Assembly (NCBI GenBank): GCA_004431415.1 | Contig: QPMI01000136.1 | Location: 124,001 to 188,000, forward strand | DNA from: Cyanophora paradoxa CCMP329 | Taxonomy: Eukaryota > Plantae > Glaucophyta | Length of the DNA: 64,000 nt | Direction of reading: 5' to 3' | Part shown: positions 19,915 to 31,051 of the stretch, one piece after another | How positions within the stretch are numbered: the stretch's first letter is position 1 | Layout: every line of letters begins with the position of its first letter | The notes under the pieces: generated by a model | Told to the model about the DNA's origin: nothing | Database searches by the model: none | The model's input: the letters and a program-made list of their open reading frames with translations, nothing else | Position numbers and translations under genes: made by a program

Positions 19915-20259
19915 ATGGATCTGCTCCGTAAATGCATGGACATGTTCCATCTCAACGTCACCAGCAAATTGAAATGCAGTTGCTGCGAGACAACTATCAA
20001 CCTCGAAATATCTGACACTGAGGGCTCACGCACCCCTGATACTCAGCTATCGCCTAATAACACACCCGGGACTTCTAGGTCCAATTCTCCTTTTACGCGA
20101 TCTGATTCACCTATACCATGGCTTGATTCTGAAAGCCGAAGATCGTCTTGGCCACCCCCAAATATCCCGAAGCCCCTGAAAAGAAAGAAGTCCTTGCTAT
20201 CAAGTTTCAGAAAGGAGAAGACTCCAGTTGCCGAAAAGCAACCAGATCAAGTGGAATGA
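19915..20259 (+). CDS. Small Ser/Pro-rich hypothetical viral protein with KCSCC motif
   Basis: 114-aa ORF after a TATATATA spacer; last recognisable gene of the element. Confidence 0.55.
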   Translation: MDLLRKCMDMFHLNVTSKLKCSCCETTINLEISDTEGSRTPDTQLSPNNTPGTSRSNSPFTRSDSPIPWLDSESRRSSWPPPNIPKPLKRKKSLLSSFRKEKTPVAEKQPDQVE

Positions 20260-20332
20260 GGCCGCACCAGACCGCTAAAAGGGGCTCGAAGAGCAGGAAG
20301 CCTTCTGGCTGACGCTCCCGTCCTTACGTGCG

Positions 20333-20503
20333 GCTATAGCTTAACGCATTTTCCTCGTTTAGCTTCTCTGTAAACATCAATTACATCTAGCTAGAGCTTA
20401 ACACGTTTCCTCGTTTAGCTTCTCTGTACTCATTAATATCGCGTAGCTATAGCTTAACGCATTTTCCTCGTTTAGCTCAATGCACACATTAATATCGTCT
20501 AGC
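20333..20503 (+). repeat. Tandem repeat, 3 x ~57 bp
   Basis: gctaKagcttaacRc...ttcctcgtttagct units start at 20333, 20390 and 20446. Confidence 0.9.
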
Positions 20504-20559
20504 CTATTCTGATCCGTTTCTCTGCAGACCGCGCTCATAGGGGGCAGCGCTCCTCTGCG

Positions 20560-21480
20560 TCTCTTCTTTTTGTCAGCTCTGCCCTGAATAGTCGTTAGAT
20601 ATTGCTTGCTTAAGACTCCCACATGAGTCTCGTAGACCTGGGAATTAGGGGCTCGTAGACGTACAAGGTGAATTAACTGAAAAAGGGCTGGAGGTATACA
20701 CTGGAAACGCATGGAATCGGGGGCAATGGAGCGAAGCGGAATTGCCCGGGTGTGAGGTCCATGCGTATACAACAGGCATCGGGCGGCTGGGGGAGGGGGG
20801 GCCTGGGGGGAGGGGCGGTCTGGGGCGAGGGGAGGCAGGGAGTCGTGCAATGGCCTGGCGGAAATTTTCCAGGAGAACCCATGGTTGGACTTCCGAGTCC
20901 AATCCGCAGCAGAAGTCAGTGATGGAGATGGTATCATGGAGGGAGGGGGCGGGGGGGGGGGGCGGGGGGGGAAGGGGGAGACCAGGCGGCTGAACTGGCG
21001 GCGAGCGGGAGGGTTTGGTGTCGGCATGTTTGCGGTATCGACGTTTGGTTCTGTCAGTGATGCCTTGTCGGAGCTCCCAGGCGTGGTTGCGGGCGCAGCG
21101 GTCCCTCCAGATCGCACGGAGGTGTTGGTCGAGGAGTAGCGCTACTACGGCTAAATCTTTTTGGATTGACATTGTGGTGGTCTTGTTGATGCCCAGGGCT
21201 GTGCAGAGGGCGGGCAATCCTGCCGGGGTACCGAGGCGCAGGAGGGCAAGGGCGGGGAAGGGGAGCATGTCAGCCAGGGCCGGGCTAAGCTTTGTCCATA
21301 GGGTATCGGTGAGACCTGGGGGGCGGACAAGGGCCGGATTTTCGGTGGGGGAGAGGAGGGCGGATTGGAGGGGAGAGGCGGGGTCAGGGGAGACGAGGCG
21401 GAGGAAGGGAAAGAGTTGAAAAATAGTATCGTCGTGTCCTAAGGGTTTGGGCGAGTGGCGGAGAACCCGGGTGCGGAGGA
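20560..21480 (-). mobile_element. 5'-truncated non-LTR retrotransposon (LINE) 3' fragment
   Basis: ORF2 C-terminal-like LRAIWRDRCARNHAWELRQGITDRTKR, then a Pro-rich tail, 3' UTR and A-rich end (acaaaaagaaga). No RT core present; ends approximate. Confidence 0.65.
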
Positions 21481-21788
21481 AGGTCACGAGTGCGAATGAT
21501 GCGGTTTTTTGGCACTGCGGCATATCGTCGGAGGCTGCGCGCGCGCTTTTGCCTGCAGTTTCTATCAGTAATAGTACATAACTTGTAACCGATACATTTT
21601 GGAGCATTAGAGGCTGCAGGGACCGCGCACGGCTCTTGGCCTCCTGCCACTGGTGCTGTCACTGGCCATGGGCCTCGGAGCCAGCTGCAGAACTGTTTTC
21701 AGAGCCAAACACACACATACAGCGCGTGCGCTTCAAATCACATCGTATTTGCACTAAACTAAACCTTAAGAAAGCCCTGAAAGAGCAC

Positions 21789-23590
21789 AGCGCCGCCCCG
21801 GCCGCCCAGGCGGCGCGGGGCCGCCCGGGCGGCCGCCAGCGCCGCCCCACGCCGCCGCCCGCCGCCCCAGCGGCCCCGCGCCGCGCCTGGGCGGCCGCCC
21901 CGCGCCGCCCCGCGCTGCGCGGGCGGCCGCCAGCGCCGCCCGCGCCGCCCCGCGCCGCCTCACGCCGCCCCGCGCCGCCCCGCGCCGCCCCGCGCCGCCC
22001 CGCGACGCGCGGACGACCGCCAGCGCCGCCCCACGCCGCCCCACGCCGCCCCGCGCCGCCCCGCGCCGCCCCGCGCTGCGCGGGCGGCCGCCAGCGCCGC
22101 CCCGCGCCGCCCCGCGCCGCCCCGCGCCGCCCCGCGCTGCGCGGGCGGCCGCCAGCGCCGCCCCACGCCGCCCCGCGCCGCCCCGCGCCGCCCCGCGACG
22201 CGCGGACGACCGCCAGCGCCGCCCCGCGCCGCCCCACGCCGCCCCGCGCCGCCCCGCGCCGCCTCACGCCGCCCCGCGCCGCCCGGGCCACTGCTGGTGT
22301 CGCCCCGCGCCGCCCGGGCGGCCACCGGTGCCGCCCCGCGCCGCCCCGCGCCGCCTCACGCCGCCCCGCGCCGCCCCGCGCCGCCTCACGCCGCCCCGCG
22401 CCGCCCGGGCCACTGCTGGTGTCGCCCCGCGCCGCCCGGGCGGCCACCGGTGCCGCCCCGCGCCGCCCCGCGCCGCCTCACGCCGCCCCGCGCCGCCTCA
22501 CGCCGCCCCGCGCCGCCCCGCGCCGCCTCACGCCGCCCCGCGCCGCCTCACGCCGCCCCGCGCCGCCCCGCGCCGCCTCACGCCGCCCCGCGCCGCCCGG
22601 GCCACTGCTGGTGTCGCCCCGCGCCGCCCGGGCGGCCACCGGTGCCGCCCCGCGCCGCCCCGCGCCGCCCCGCGCTGCGCGGGCGGCCGCCAGCGCCGCC
22701 CCGCGCCGCCCCGCGCCGCCTCACGCCGCCCCGCGCCGCCCGGGCCACTGCTGGTGTCGCCCCGCGCCGCCCGGGCGGCCACCGGTGCCGCCCGCGCCGC
22801 CCCGCGCCGCCTCACGCCGCCCCGCGCCGCCTCACGCCGCCCCGCGCCGCCCCGCGCCGCCTCACGCCGCCCCGCGCCGCCTCACGCCGCCCCGCGCCGC
22901 CCCGCGCCGCCTCACGCCGCCCCGCGCCGCCCGGGCCACTGCTGGTGTCGCCCCGCGCCGCCCGGGCGGCCACCGGTGCCGCCCCGCGCCGCCCCGCGCC
23001 GCCCCGCGCTGCGCGGGCGGCCGCCAGCGCCGCCCCGCGCCGCCCCGCGCCGCCTCACGCCGCCCCGCGCCGCCCGGGCCACTGCTGGTGTCGCCCCGCG
23101 CCGCCCGGGCGGCCACCGGTGCCGCCCCGCGCCGCCCCGCGCCGCCTCACGCCGCCCCGCGCCGCCCCGCGCCGTCCCGCGCCGCCCCGCGCCGCCCCGC
23201 GACGCGCGGACGACCGCCAGCGCCGCCCCGCGCCGCCCACGCCGCCCCGCGCCGCCCCGCGCCCGGGCGGCCGCCAGCGCCGCCCCACGCCGCCGCCCGC
23301 CGCCCCAGCGGCCCCGCGCCGCGCCTGGGCGGCCGCCCCGCGCCGCCCCGCGCTGCGCGGGCGGCCGCCAGCGCCGCCCCACGCCGCCCCGCGCCGCCCC
23401 GCGCCGCCCCGCGCTGCGCGGGCGGCCGCCAGCGCCGCCCCGCGCCGCCCCGCGCCGCCTCACGCCGCCCCGCGCCGCCCGGGCCACTGCTGGTGTCGCC
23501 CCGCGCCGCCCGGGCGGCCACCGGTGCCGCCCCGCGCCGCCCCGCGCCGCCCGGGCCGCCGACAGCGCCGCCCCCACGCCGCCGCCGTGC
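21789..23590. repeat. GC-rich minisatellite (10-bp cgccgccccg core) with higher-order units
   Basis: Core interspersed with recurring gggccactgctggtgtcgccccgcgccgcccgggcggccaccggtg and ctgcgcgggcggccgccag blocks; a ~100-bp block near 21823 recurs near 23262. Confidence 0.97.
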
Positions 23591-24370
23591 CGTCCCCACG
23601 CCTCAACGCCCTGCCGAGGCGGCATCAGTGCGATGCGCGCATGTACGCGGCGGCATCAGGTCGATGCCGGTGTGTGCGCTGCTCGCTGCTATGCGCCCGA
23701 TGTCGTTGATTATATCTAGTCGCTATGAACGAGACGAACGAGGGCGAGCGCCGCCCGATGCCGCCCCGCCCGCGTCGCTTCTTGCGCTCCGCGCCGCTCC
23801 TGGCCGCCACGGCTGCTTGGATCTTGTCCACGGACTTTTTGTAGGTGCTACTAGAGGCGCCCGACGCAACCTTCCTGTGGCGCGGGGGTCAGCGCGGTGC
23901 GGGAACGCCGGGAAGGCGAAAAACGAGGGCCATGGCCGCTGCAGCCGACCTTCAGTAGCGAACACGCCATCTTGGTAGCCGCTGAGTGCCGCCAGGCACG
24001 TATGCGCACCAGAACGGAGTACTACGGTAGCACGGGCCGCGCCCGCGCGCGGCGCGGCCGGCCGACGCTCCTGGCCGAAGCTCCGGCAGCCGGCGATCTT
24101 CCTGGGCCAGCCCCCTCGCCTGCGGCGCGCCCGCCCCGGGGCCCGCCCCGTCGGGCCCCGGCCCCCGCCGGAGCGCGCCGCCGGGCGGCGGGGCGCCAGG
24201 CCGCCGTTCGCCCCGCCGGGCGGCCAAAGGGCGCCAGGGGAAAGAGCGGATCTGCCGTTCGAGGGGAGCGCCGCCGCCCCGGTCAGGGTGCGCCAGCTGA
24301 AGGAGCGAGGGCGCAGCGAGAGAGGCGGGTACGCTTTTCTTCGAGGGGGCGGGCGGGTACGCGCGCGCGC

Positions 24371-24597
24371 ACCGCCTCTCAGCGGCGGAGCGCGCGGGGG
24401 CCTGCAAAGGGATGGCGGTGCCTGCGGGAGGAGACGGCATCAGGGGGCGCCCGGGGGGGGTAGGGAAAGAAGCGCGCGGGGCGGGGCGCGCCTGTGCGGC
24501 GCGAGGGGTCGTTCTTCCGCGCGGCCTTGGTGGCGAACCGCTTCCCCGGCGCCTTGCCGCCGGTTGAAGACTTGGGCGTGTGCTTGACGCGGGCCAT
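24371..24597 (-). CDS. Histone H3 N-terminal tail-like exon(s) without recognisable histone fold
   Basis: MARVKHTPKSSTGGKAPGKRFATKAARKNDP matches 20/30 positions of the H3 tail. Probable 70-nt GC-AG intron 24491-24422. TATA-like cataaata ~100 bp upstream. Confidence 0.7.
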
Positions 24598-26127
24598 CGC
24601 CGCCCGCCACCCCGCGCGGCCTCGCCAGGGCTCGCTCGGGCTCGCTCGGGCACGGCGGCTCGCCGCGGCAGGCGCTGCTCGCGCCCCCGAGCGCGCCTGT
24701 ATTTATGCATCAGCGACGAGGGGGAAAGGGGGGGCCGGGGGCGGGCAAAGGAAAGGCTCACCGGGGAGCAGGGGCCGGGTGGCGAAACGAGAGGGTGGGG
24801 GTACACGTCCGCTGGGGCCGGGGGCGGGGCGGGCACAGGCGCGCGCGGAGACGCCGCGGCTCGCTCCCGCCCTCCGCTTCGAAGATTCCCGGTGGGGCCC
24901 GCCCGCGCCGCCGGCGCCGAATCGAACGGGGCCTGGCCGGCAGGTGAGGAAAACAAAAGATACTAGTACCGCCCCAGCGCCCCACCAACGAACCGCCGGG
25001 CAGCTGGACCACGACCAGTCGACGGGGCCCGCCGAGCCGGTTCTGAAAAAAAGAACGGGTCGGAATTGCGTTGGTGGTGTGGGGGGTACAGGAACACCGC
25101 CGGCCCGACCTTCGAGATAGGACCTCGTTGAAGTTGATTTCCACCAATTCGACCCCGGGGAATCCAACGGTGGGGTCGGCGGGGTCTGGATCGGGGGTAC
25201 TGGAGCGCCAGCTGGGGGGCGGAGATCCGACTAGGGCGGAAACTGGCCAAAGCCGGTTCAGTCCAAGCTTAGGGGTGCAGGCAATCGATCGGGCGGGGTT
25301 TGAGCGCACCCCGCCGCCCCCACGCCGCGCGGAAGGCGTTCATCGACCCGGAAGGCGTCGGGCGGCGCCTCCGAGGCGTCCAGGGCAATCTGAGAGCGGT
25401 TTGGGAGCGTTCGGGCGCGTGCGGCAGGCAGATGCGAGGGATGGGGCGAATGGACCATCGGCCGTCATGCGACGGCCGGAGCGCGCCGGGCGGAGCGATC
25501 CGGTCGCCATCAGGGCCTTTACGTTTGTGGCTCGCAGCGCAGAGGTGGAGCCCTCGAGCGCCGAGGGCGCCGACCGAGTGCCGCGCACAGCCATCGCCGA
25601 GCCGAGCCTGCGCGAGGACGCGTTGGAAATCGATGGAGGAGACCCTGAAAGGCGAGCTCTTGTGCACTGGACAAGGCCCGCCGACGCGAGATGCTAAGAC
25701 TGATGCTTCTCCGGAGGGGTATCGTGCTGTGTGGAGGATAGGATGGACCGAACCTCGCGTTGGCCGCCTCCTCGCCGCGGCCCGGCACCGATGGACCGCA
25801 GCTGGACGCCGTCGCCCCGCGTGGGTGAGGCAACGCCCGGCAACTCTCCACGCTCTCTGTAGGCGTGTGGTCGTTCGAGCGGCGCGGGGAGTGTGCGCAG
25901 CCGCATCAGCTCCGCACGCCCTCGCAGGCTCCGCCGTCGCGCCCGGCGGCCGTGTGCCTGCGTTACTGGGACTCGCCGCGGCGCGCATCGGCGCGCGCTG
26001 GCTCGCCGCCTCCGCGGCTGCAGCAGCAGCCAGCCGCCTGACGCTGCTGCTGCTGCTGCCGCGCCCGCCGGCCGCCGCGCCGCGTGCCACACGCCGGCGT
26101 GGGTGCCGAGTTGCGCGCCCCCCGCAG

Positions 26128-26895
26128 AACTACCTGAAGGATACGTGGAGCTACAGCGTCTTCGCCCCCGTCCTCGGGCACGGCCTCGTCTCGGCAGAGG
26201 ACGAGCTGTGGAAGCGGCAGCGGCAGATCATCGCGCGCTCCTTCGATCCCGCCCATCTCAGGAGCATGCTCACCATCCGCTCCGACGTGCGCGCTGCCCA
26301 GCGGGCGCCACGCGGGCGCCGCCTCCGCCGCCGCCGCCGCCTGACGCGCCCGCCGCGCCGCGCCGCAGACGGCCGTGACGCTGCTCAACCGCTGGCGCCC
26401 AGCGCCGGGCGCCACGTCGAAGTTCGACGTGTCGCGCGACTTCCGCATGCTGACCCTGGACGTCATCTGCCGCGTGCGCGCCCCGCGCGCCCTCCCGCCC
26501 CGCCCCGTCCCGTCCCGCGCGCCCGGCGCGGCCGCCCTCACGCCCGCCCGCAGGCTTCCTTCGGCATGTCCTTCGAGGATGACAGCGCGATCCCCCGCCT
26601 CTACCTCTCCATGATGCACGAGATGAACACCCGCATCTTCTACCCCTTCCGCCCCGTGCGCCGTACCCTTCCCCTCCGCCCCGCCCCTCCGACCTGTCCT
26701 GACGGCCCGGCCCACCCGCCCGCCCGCCCGCCCGCCCGCCCGCCCGCCCGCCCGCCCGCCCCCAGTACCTGCCCATCCCAGTACCAGTACCTGTACCTGC
26801 CAGTTCAAGAAGAACGAGGCGGAGCTGAACCGCATCGTCCGAAAGCTCATCGAGGACCGCCGGAAGGACATCCAGGATCACCCCGACCGTCGGAC
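26128..26895 (+). pseudogene. Cytochrome P450 N-terminal half (multi-exon), truncated
   Basis: LGHGLVSAEDELWKRQRQIIARSF (WxxxR helix C), FDVSRDFRMLTLDVICR|ASFG, LNRIVRKLIEDRR; introns ending cgcag. No I-helix, ExxR or heme motif follows. Confidence 0.85.
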
Positions 26896-26924
26896 GTGCG
26901 TCGAACCCCCCCCCCTCTGTCTCC

Positions 26925-27072
26925 TGCTGTGACTTGACTTGCTAGTGACTTGCTACAAGGTTGCTAGTGCTTGGTTGCTAGTGACTTGCTGCAAGGTTGC
27001 TAGTGCTAGTGACTTGGTTGCTAGTGACTTGGTCGCCAGCAGTAACTGCTAGGTTGCTAGTGACTTGCTACA
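26925..27072 (+). repeat. Degenerate short tandem repeat (gctagtgacttg / ggttgctagt)
   Basis: Multiple copies, starting right where the P450 breaks off. Confidence 0.85.
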
Positions 27073-27335
27073 ATATTAATGCGCGATCGCGAGGGCCGTG
27101 GCAGGGCCCGGGGAACGGGCGCCCGGTGCGGTGTTCCCGAACTTCGGAATATACGAGGGTCCTAGATATCGATCTAGATCTGATCTGACAGCACCCAGGT
27201 GGTCGCCGGCCCTTACGCGTGCATCTACTGGCCCAGTGGTAGTAGTAGTTATTGTGCCAGGCGCCGGCCTGCTCCTGAGTTCTAGAGAGTTCATTCCACC
27301 AGCACTCCCAAACGCATTTGCCGCAGTGCGCTCTC

Positions 27336-28200
27336 TCAAATCGTGAAACTGGGGGAAGACAAAACGCGAAGTACGTATACGAAGTACGGGGCCCGATGTT
27401 GGACGAGCCGTTCCATGTTAAATATAATATAAGCGCCTCTTTCTCCTGCGGAGAGCATGTCATATACACGCGCACGTGGCTGCGGCGGCGCGGGCGGCGC
27501 ACACACACCATGCAGCCTAGGCCTGTCGGTGGTAGTCGTAGATCTCTTCAAGCGTGAACATGCTAAAGTCCTTTTTCGACCACTTGCGCGCGGCCTGCCA
27601 GGTGGTCAGGGGCGGCGGTGGGCGAGGGCGGGGGAGCGGCGAGCCATAATGCGGCTCGCGAGGCTCGGCGTTATCTCCTTGCCGTCCGAGCTGAGGATCG
27701 ATTCGCCTTCGGCGACGGGCCCCTGGGGCGGGGCGGGCGCCACAAAGGTGCGAGCCGGCGCCAGGATCTGCGGGCCCGGGGACGGCGAGGCCGGTCCCCG
27801 CTCGGGGGGCGCGCTGCGCCCCGGTCAGACAGGCGTGCGCGCTCGAGGGGCGCAGGCGGACCTCTCTCGCGGCGGGGCGTCCGAACTCGGGCTGCTGAGC
27901 GGTTTCCCGACGCGGCGGGGCGGCGGGGGCGGGCGGCGCACCGGGCGGCGGATGCCCTGGCCGACTCTTTGAGCTCCGCGCTGGGCGCGGCCTCGACCGC
28001 CTCGCCCTCTTCTTTGCCCTCCTCCGCCCCCGCCTCCGCATCCAGGCTGCGGCGGGATCAGGAAATCCTGCCGGACGTCCCCGCCGCCGCGCCCAACGCA
28101 CTACCAGCCGGCGTCGAGGCCGATCCTGGTGGCGGCCTCCCGGAGGAGCGGAAGGAGGGCCTCCTTCTTCGGATGACTCCCGATGCCGCCTCGGCGGCGG
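27336..28200 (-). pseudogene. Degenerate spliced ORF of unknown function
   Basis: Exon-like AARKWSKKDFSMFTLEEIYDYHRQA* and GERGAYIIFNMERLVQHRAPYFVYVLRV separated by a gt...ccgcag intron; in-frame stops. Confidence 0.35.
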
Positions 28201-28349
28201 CAAGCTGCAAGGGCCTCCCGGAAGGCGGCGGAGGGCCGCCGGAGCTCGAGGCTGGTGCCACGGGCCCACGACCGTCGGACCGACCGGTCACGGACTCACG
28301 GTGCACCGTGCCACGGTGCACTCGACTCGCGAGTCGCGAGTCTCGCGAG

Positions 28350-28869
28350 TAGGGCTGTCGCGGTACGGCGCGGTAGCGGTAGACTGGTCCTACCGACCGG
28401 CCCGGTAGACTTGCCCGGTCTACCGTCATACAAGCCCGGTAGCCATACAAATTCGCCCGTTGGGGGGTAGCCGGGCGCGCCCTGGGCACCCGGCACGCTA
28501 CCGTAGTACGCGGTAGCGCTAGCGCTAGCGCGCGCGCGCGCGCGTGGCGCGCGTGGCACGCCGCGTGCGCATGCGCATGCGCATGTGGCCTGACTCAGTG
28601 AGCCTGCAGCGCTAGCGACGAATTCAAAGAAGCGCCTCTCAATGTCAACTGTCCGGCTGAACCAGGTACACCCTTCTGTAGATGCGCAAAGTAGCGTGTA
28701 AACAGTTTAGGCGCGTAGCGCCTTGGAGCTTGACGAATTTTAGCTTGATTTTGCGTCAGTTTTCGCGTACTATGCGTGCCAGCCGTGACCTACCGGGCGT
28801 ACCCGGTCGGTACGGGTCAGAGAGGGCTACCGACCGGGTAGAGGGGGGGGGTCTACCGTGACAGCCCTA
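28350..28869. mobile_element. Non-autonomous hAT-like MITE (520 bp)
   Basis: TIRs tagggctgtcgcggta / taccgtgacagcccta; 8-bp TSD CTCGCGAG (28342-28349, 28870-28877); subterminal ctacc/ggtag motifs. Confidence 0.88.
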
Positions 28870-29089
28870 CTCGCGAGTCGCGAGACTCGCGACTCGCGAC
28901 TCACAGAGTCAGTGCACGTGACAGTCAGTTTCACTGTGTCGGCGCCGGCACTGTCGGGCCGGCGCGGCGGCGCCTGCCGGCGCCAGTGCAGCACTGCCGC
29001 AGTGCCAGCCTGTGCCAGTGATGGCATTAATAATACTCCCCAAAACGCCGACCTTAACATTAATAGTTAAGGTCTTTAAATTATTATGA

Positions 29090-29264
29090 TTTTTTTTTTT
29101 AAGATCTACGGTGGGCGTGCCCACTCGTAGTACACAACGAGGATACAAGTCACGGTATCGGGAATCACAGGGATTCGAAGTACAACGTAGCGGAAACAGC
29201 AGGAACCGAACCCGGGAATCCGGGAGGTCGTAGCACGACCTTATACCACTGCGCTGATAAGGTC
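29090..29264 (-). mobile_element. tRNA-derived SINE-like element
   Basis: Minus strand: A-box AGCGCAGTGG, B-box GGTTCGGTTCC, 3' hairpin gtgggcacgcccac, A11+ tail; no clean TSD. Confidence 0.7.
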
Positions 29265-31051
29265 TTATTATTATAGTATTATAATAAGGACCTCCGGGGG
29301 TACGCAAAATTTGCGGTGGCGCGACGATTACGGCAGCGCGACGGGCCAGGCTTCCCACCCGTGGGTGCCTGATAACGCCGCGTGTCAAGCTGCTCGGAAA
29401 GTCGCGCGCCAGCTCCACCCGACCCCCGTAGACCGACAACGCTAGCCAACCCAGCCGGGCGCGAGCCGACAGCCGACGCGGGCACATCACCGTCCAGCAT
29501 CACTGCCGAAGCCGACAGCCCGCCCCCGGAGCGACGTGGAGCCCCGCCGACCTCGCCATGACGCCGACGCTTTTTGAATCTCAAGGACCTTGCCCGCGCC
29601 CCGCGCGGGACATACGGATAGCGCGCTGCCACTCTAGATCTTCCGTATAACTTCGCAGTCCTAGAGTGGCCAGGTCGCGAGCGACCGCCTCGACTTCGCC
29701 CGAGCTCCCGCCATCGCCGCCCGGCCACCCACACGCCGCCCGCCGCATAGCCGATGCCCGATGACCGCCAGCTCTCTAAGATGACGCACCCGCCGTCGAC
29801 GTCACGCGCCGCCGCCACTAGTACTGTCCCTCGAATGCCGCCGTCATGCTGCAGGCGCCGCGCGCGCCGCCCCATCCTCACAGAACGTGCTCGCGCGCCT
29901 GCAGATCTCGACCTGCATCTTGACCTCTCTCCCCCGCCTCGAGCTCGCCGCGCGACGGGGCCGTCGGCGCCGTCCGATGTACAACTACGGCGGGGTGCGC
30001 CCACGCCCAACTCCCTAGCGCCCCGCGCCGGTCCCTCCCCCGCCCAGAGCCCAGGCCCCGCGGGCCCACGCCCCCGCCCCCTCTCCCCCGGCCTGGGCCC
30101 AAAGGGCGCCCACCCGGACTCCTCCTCCCCGAGGTCGGTACAGAGACGTGTACGCTCGGTCCCCCCCCCAGAGCCAGACGAGGCTCGCCCGGACCCGGCC
30201 TCCAAGCCGGCCCCTGCCGCCGGCGCCAGCGCCCCGCCCCCGCCCCCGGCCCGGCTCCAGCGCCCCGCCCCCGCCCTCCGGCTCCAGCGCCCCGCCTACG
30301 CCCCCCGGCTCCAGCGCCCCGCCCCCGCCCTCCGGCTCCGGCGCCCAGGGGCGAAGGGGAGGAGGGAGGGGTGCCGTACGCCGACAGATAGCTCCTAGCT
30401 AGGGCAGACAGAGCCTTCCCCCCCCGGCAGCCCCGTGCTGCAGCTGCTCAGCGGCTTCTTCTTCGTACATTCAGCACTCTTAAATGAACTTGGAAGCTGA
30501 TAAGCAAGATTCAACCGTTTGAACTGTGCAGCTACGTGTTTCAAGTTTAGAACAGGCTTGTGCCTTCTTTAAGAGACTCTGATCATGGCATGAGATGCCA
30601 CCAGAACTGGACCCCCCCCCCCCAAAGGAAGCTATTCCGGGGGCCCCTGAACGGAACCAAGGCCGTTTAAGGCATCTCCGAGGCCCAGAGGCTCAGGAAA
30701 AAATACCAGTTCCATACCCGGAGCGGATCCTAGGGTCTCGGGGGGAGGCCCCCCCGGGACCCCCCCGCCCCCAACTCGCCAGGAGAGGCCCGGGGAATGG
30801 AACCAGCGCTCTATTTCAACACTACGCGACCCGCAGACGCTAAATACGCGCTCCCCGCGGCGCCGGGGCGCGCCGAAGGCGCCGGCCGGAGGCGGATCAA
30901 ATCTGCGCCCCGAGGCCCCCCGGAGGCTCCGAGAGGGCCGGCCAAGGCCGGGGCGGGGGGCGGAGCCGGCCATATGTAGGGGCCCGAGCTGATAGAAGGG
31001 CTACAGGAGCGAGCGGAGAGGCGCAGGGGGCGGGGCGGCTGGCGGGGCGGG

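Larger units (their letters stand above)
801..20259. mobile_element. Endogenous Polinton-like virus (pPolB + rve integrase + packaging ATPase + DJR capsid), minimal gene-defined extent
   Basis: Compact intronless genes with hallmark motifs for pPolB, rve integrase, A32-like ATPase, MCP and minor capsid proteins. Visibly much AT-richer than the flanking host DNA. TIRs/TSD not identified, so the true ends are unresolved. Confidence 0.93.

Noticed and set aside
801-20259. Classification as a mavirus-type virophage or a bacterial prophage/contaminant
   Set aside because: MCP is shorter and lacks recognisable virophage features, and no protease is seen; no terminase/portal; core genes are Polinton-type and contiguous with intron-rich host DNA, though junction read support should be checked
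20333-20503. Possible CRISPR array (also considered for 48501-48886 and 63149-63950)
   Set aside because: Whole units repeat with no unique spacers; no cas genes; eukaryotic context
15745-21480. Diversity-generating retroelement acting on the fibre heads
   Set aside because: No TR/VR pair with adenine-specific differences and no RT core; the nearby retro fragment is a LINE C-terminus
21636-23978. Long ORFs (780, 470, 463 aa) over the GC array
   Set aside because: Translations of a stop-free minisatellite in all frames; no coding signal
29190-29264. Functional tRNA gene
   Set aside because: A/B boxes present but no acceptor-stem pairing or clean anticodon arm; continues into a poly(A)-tailed body
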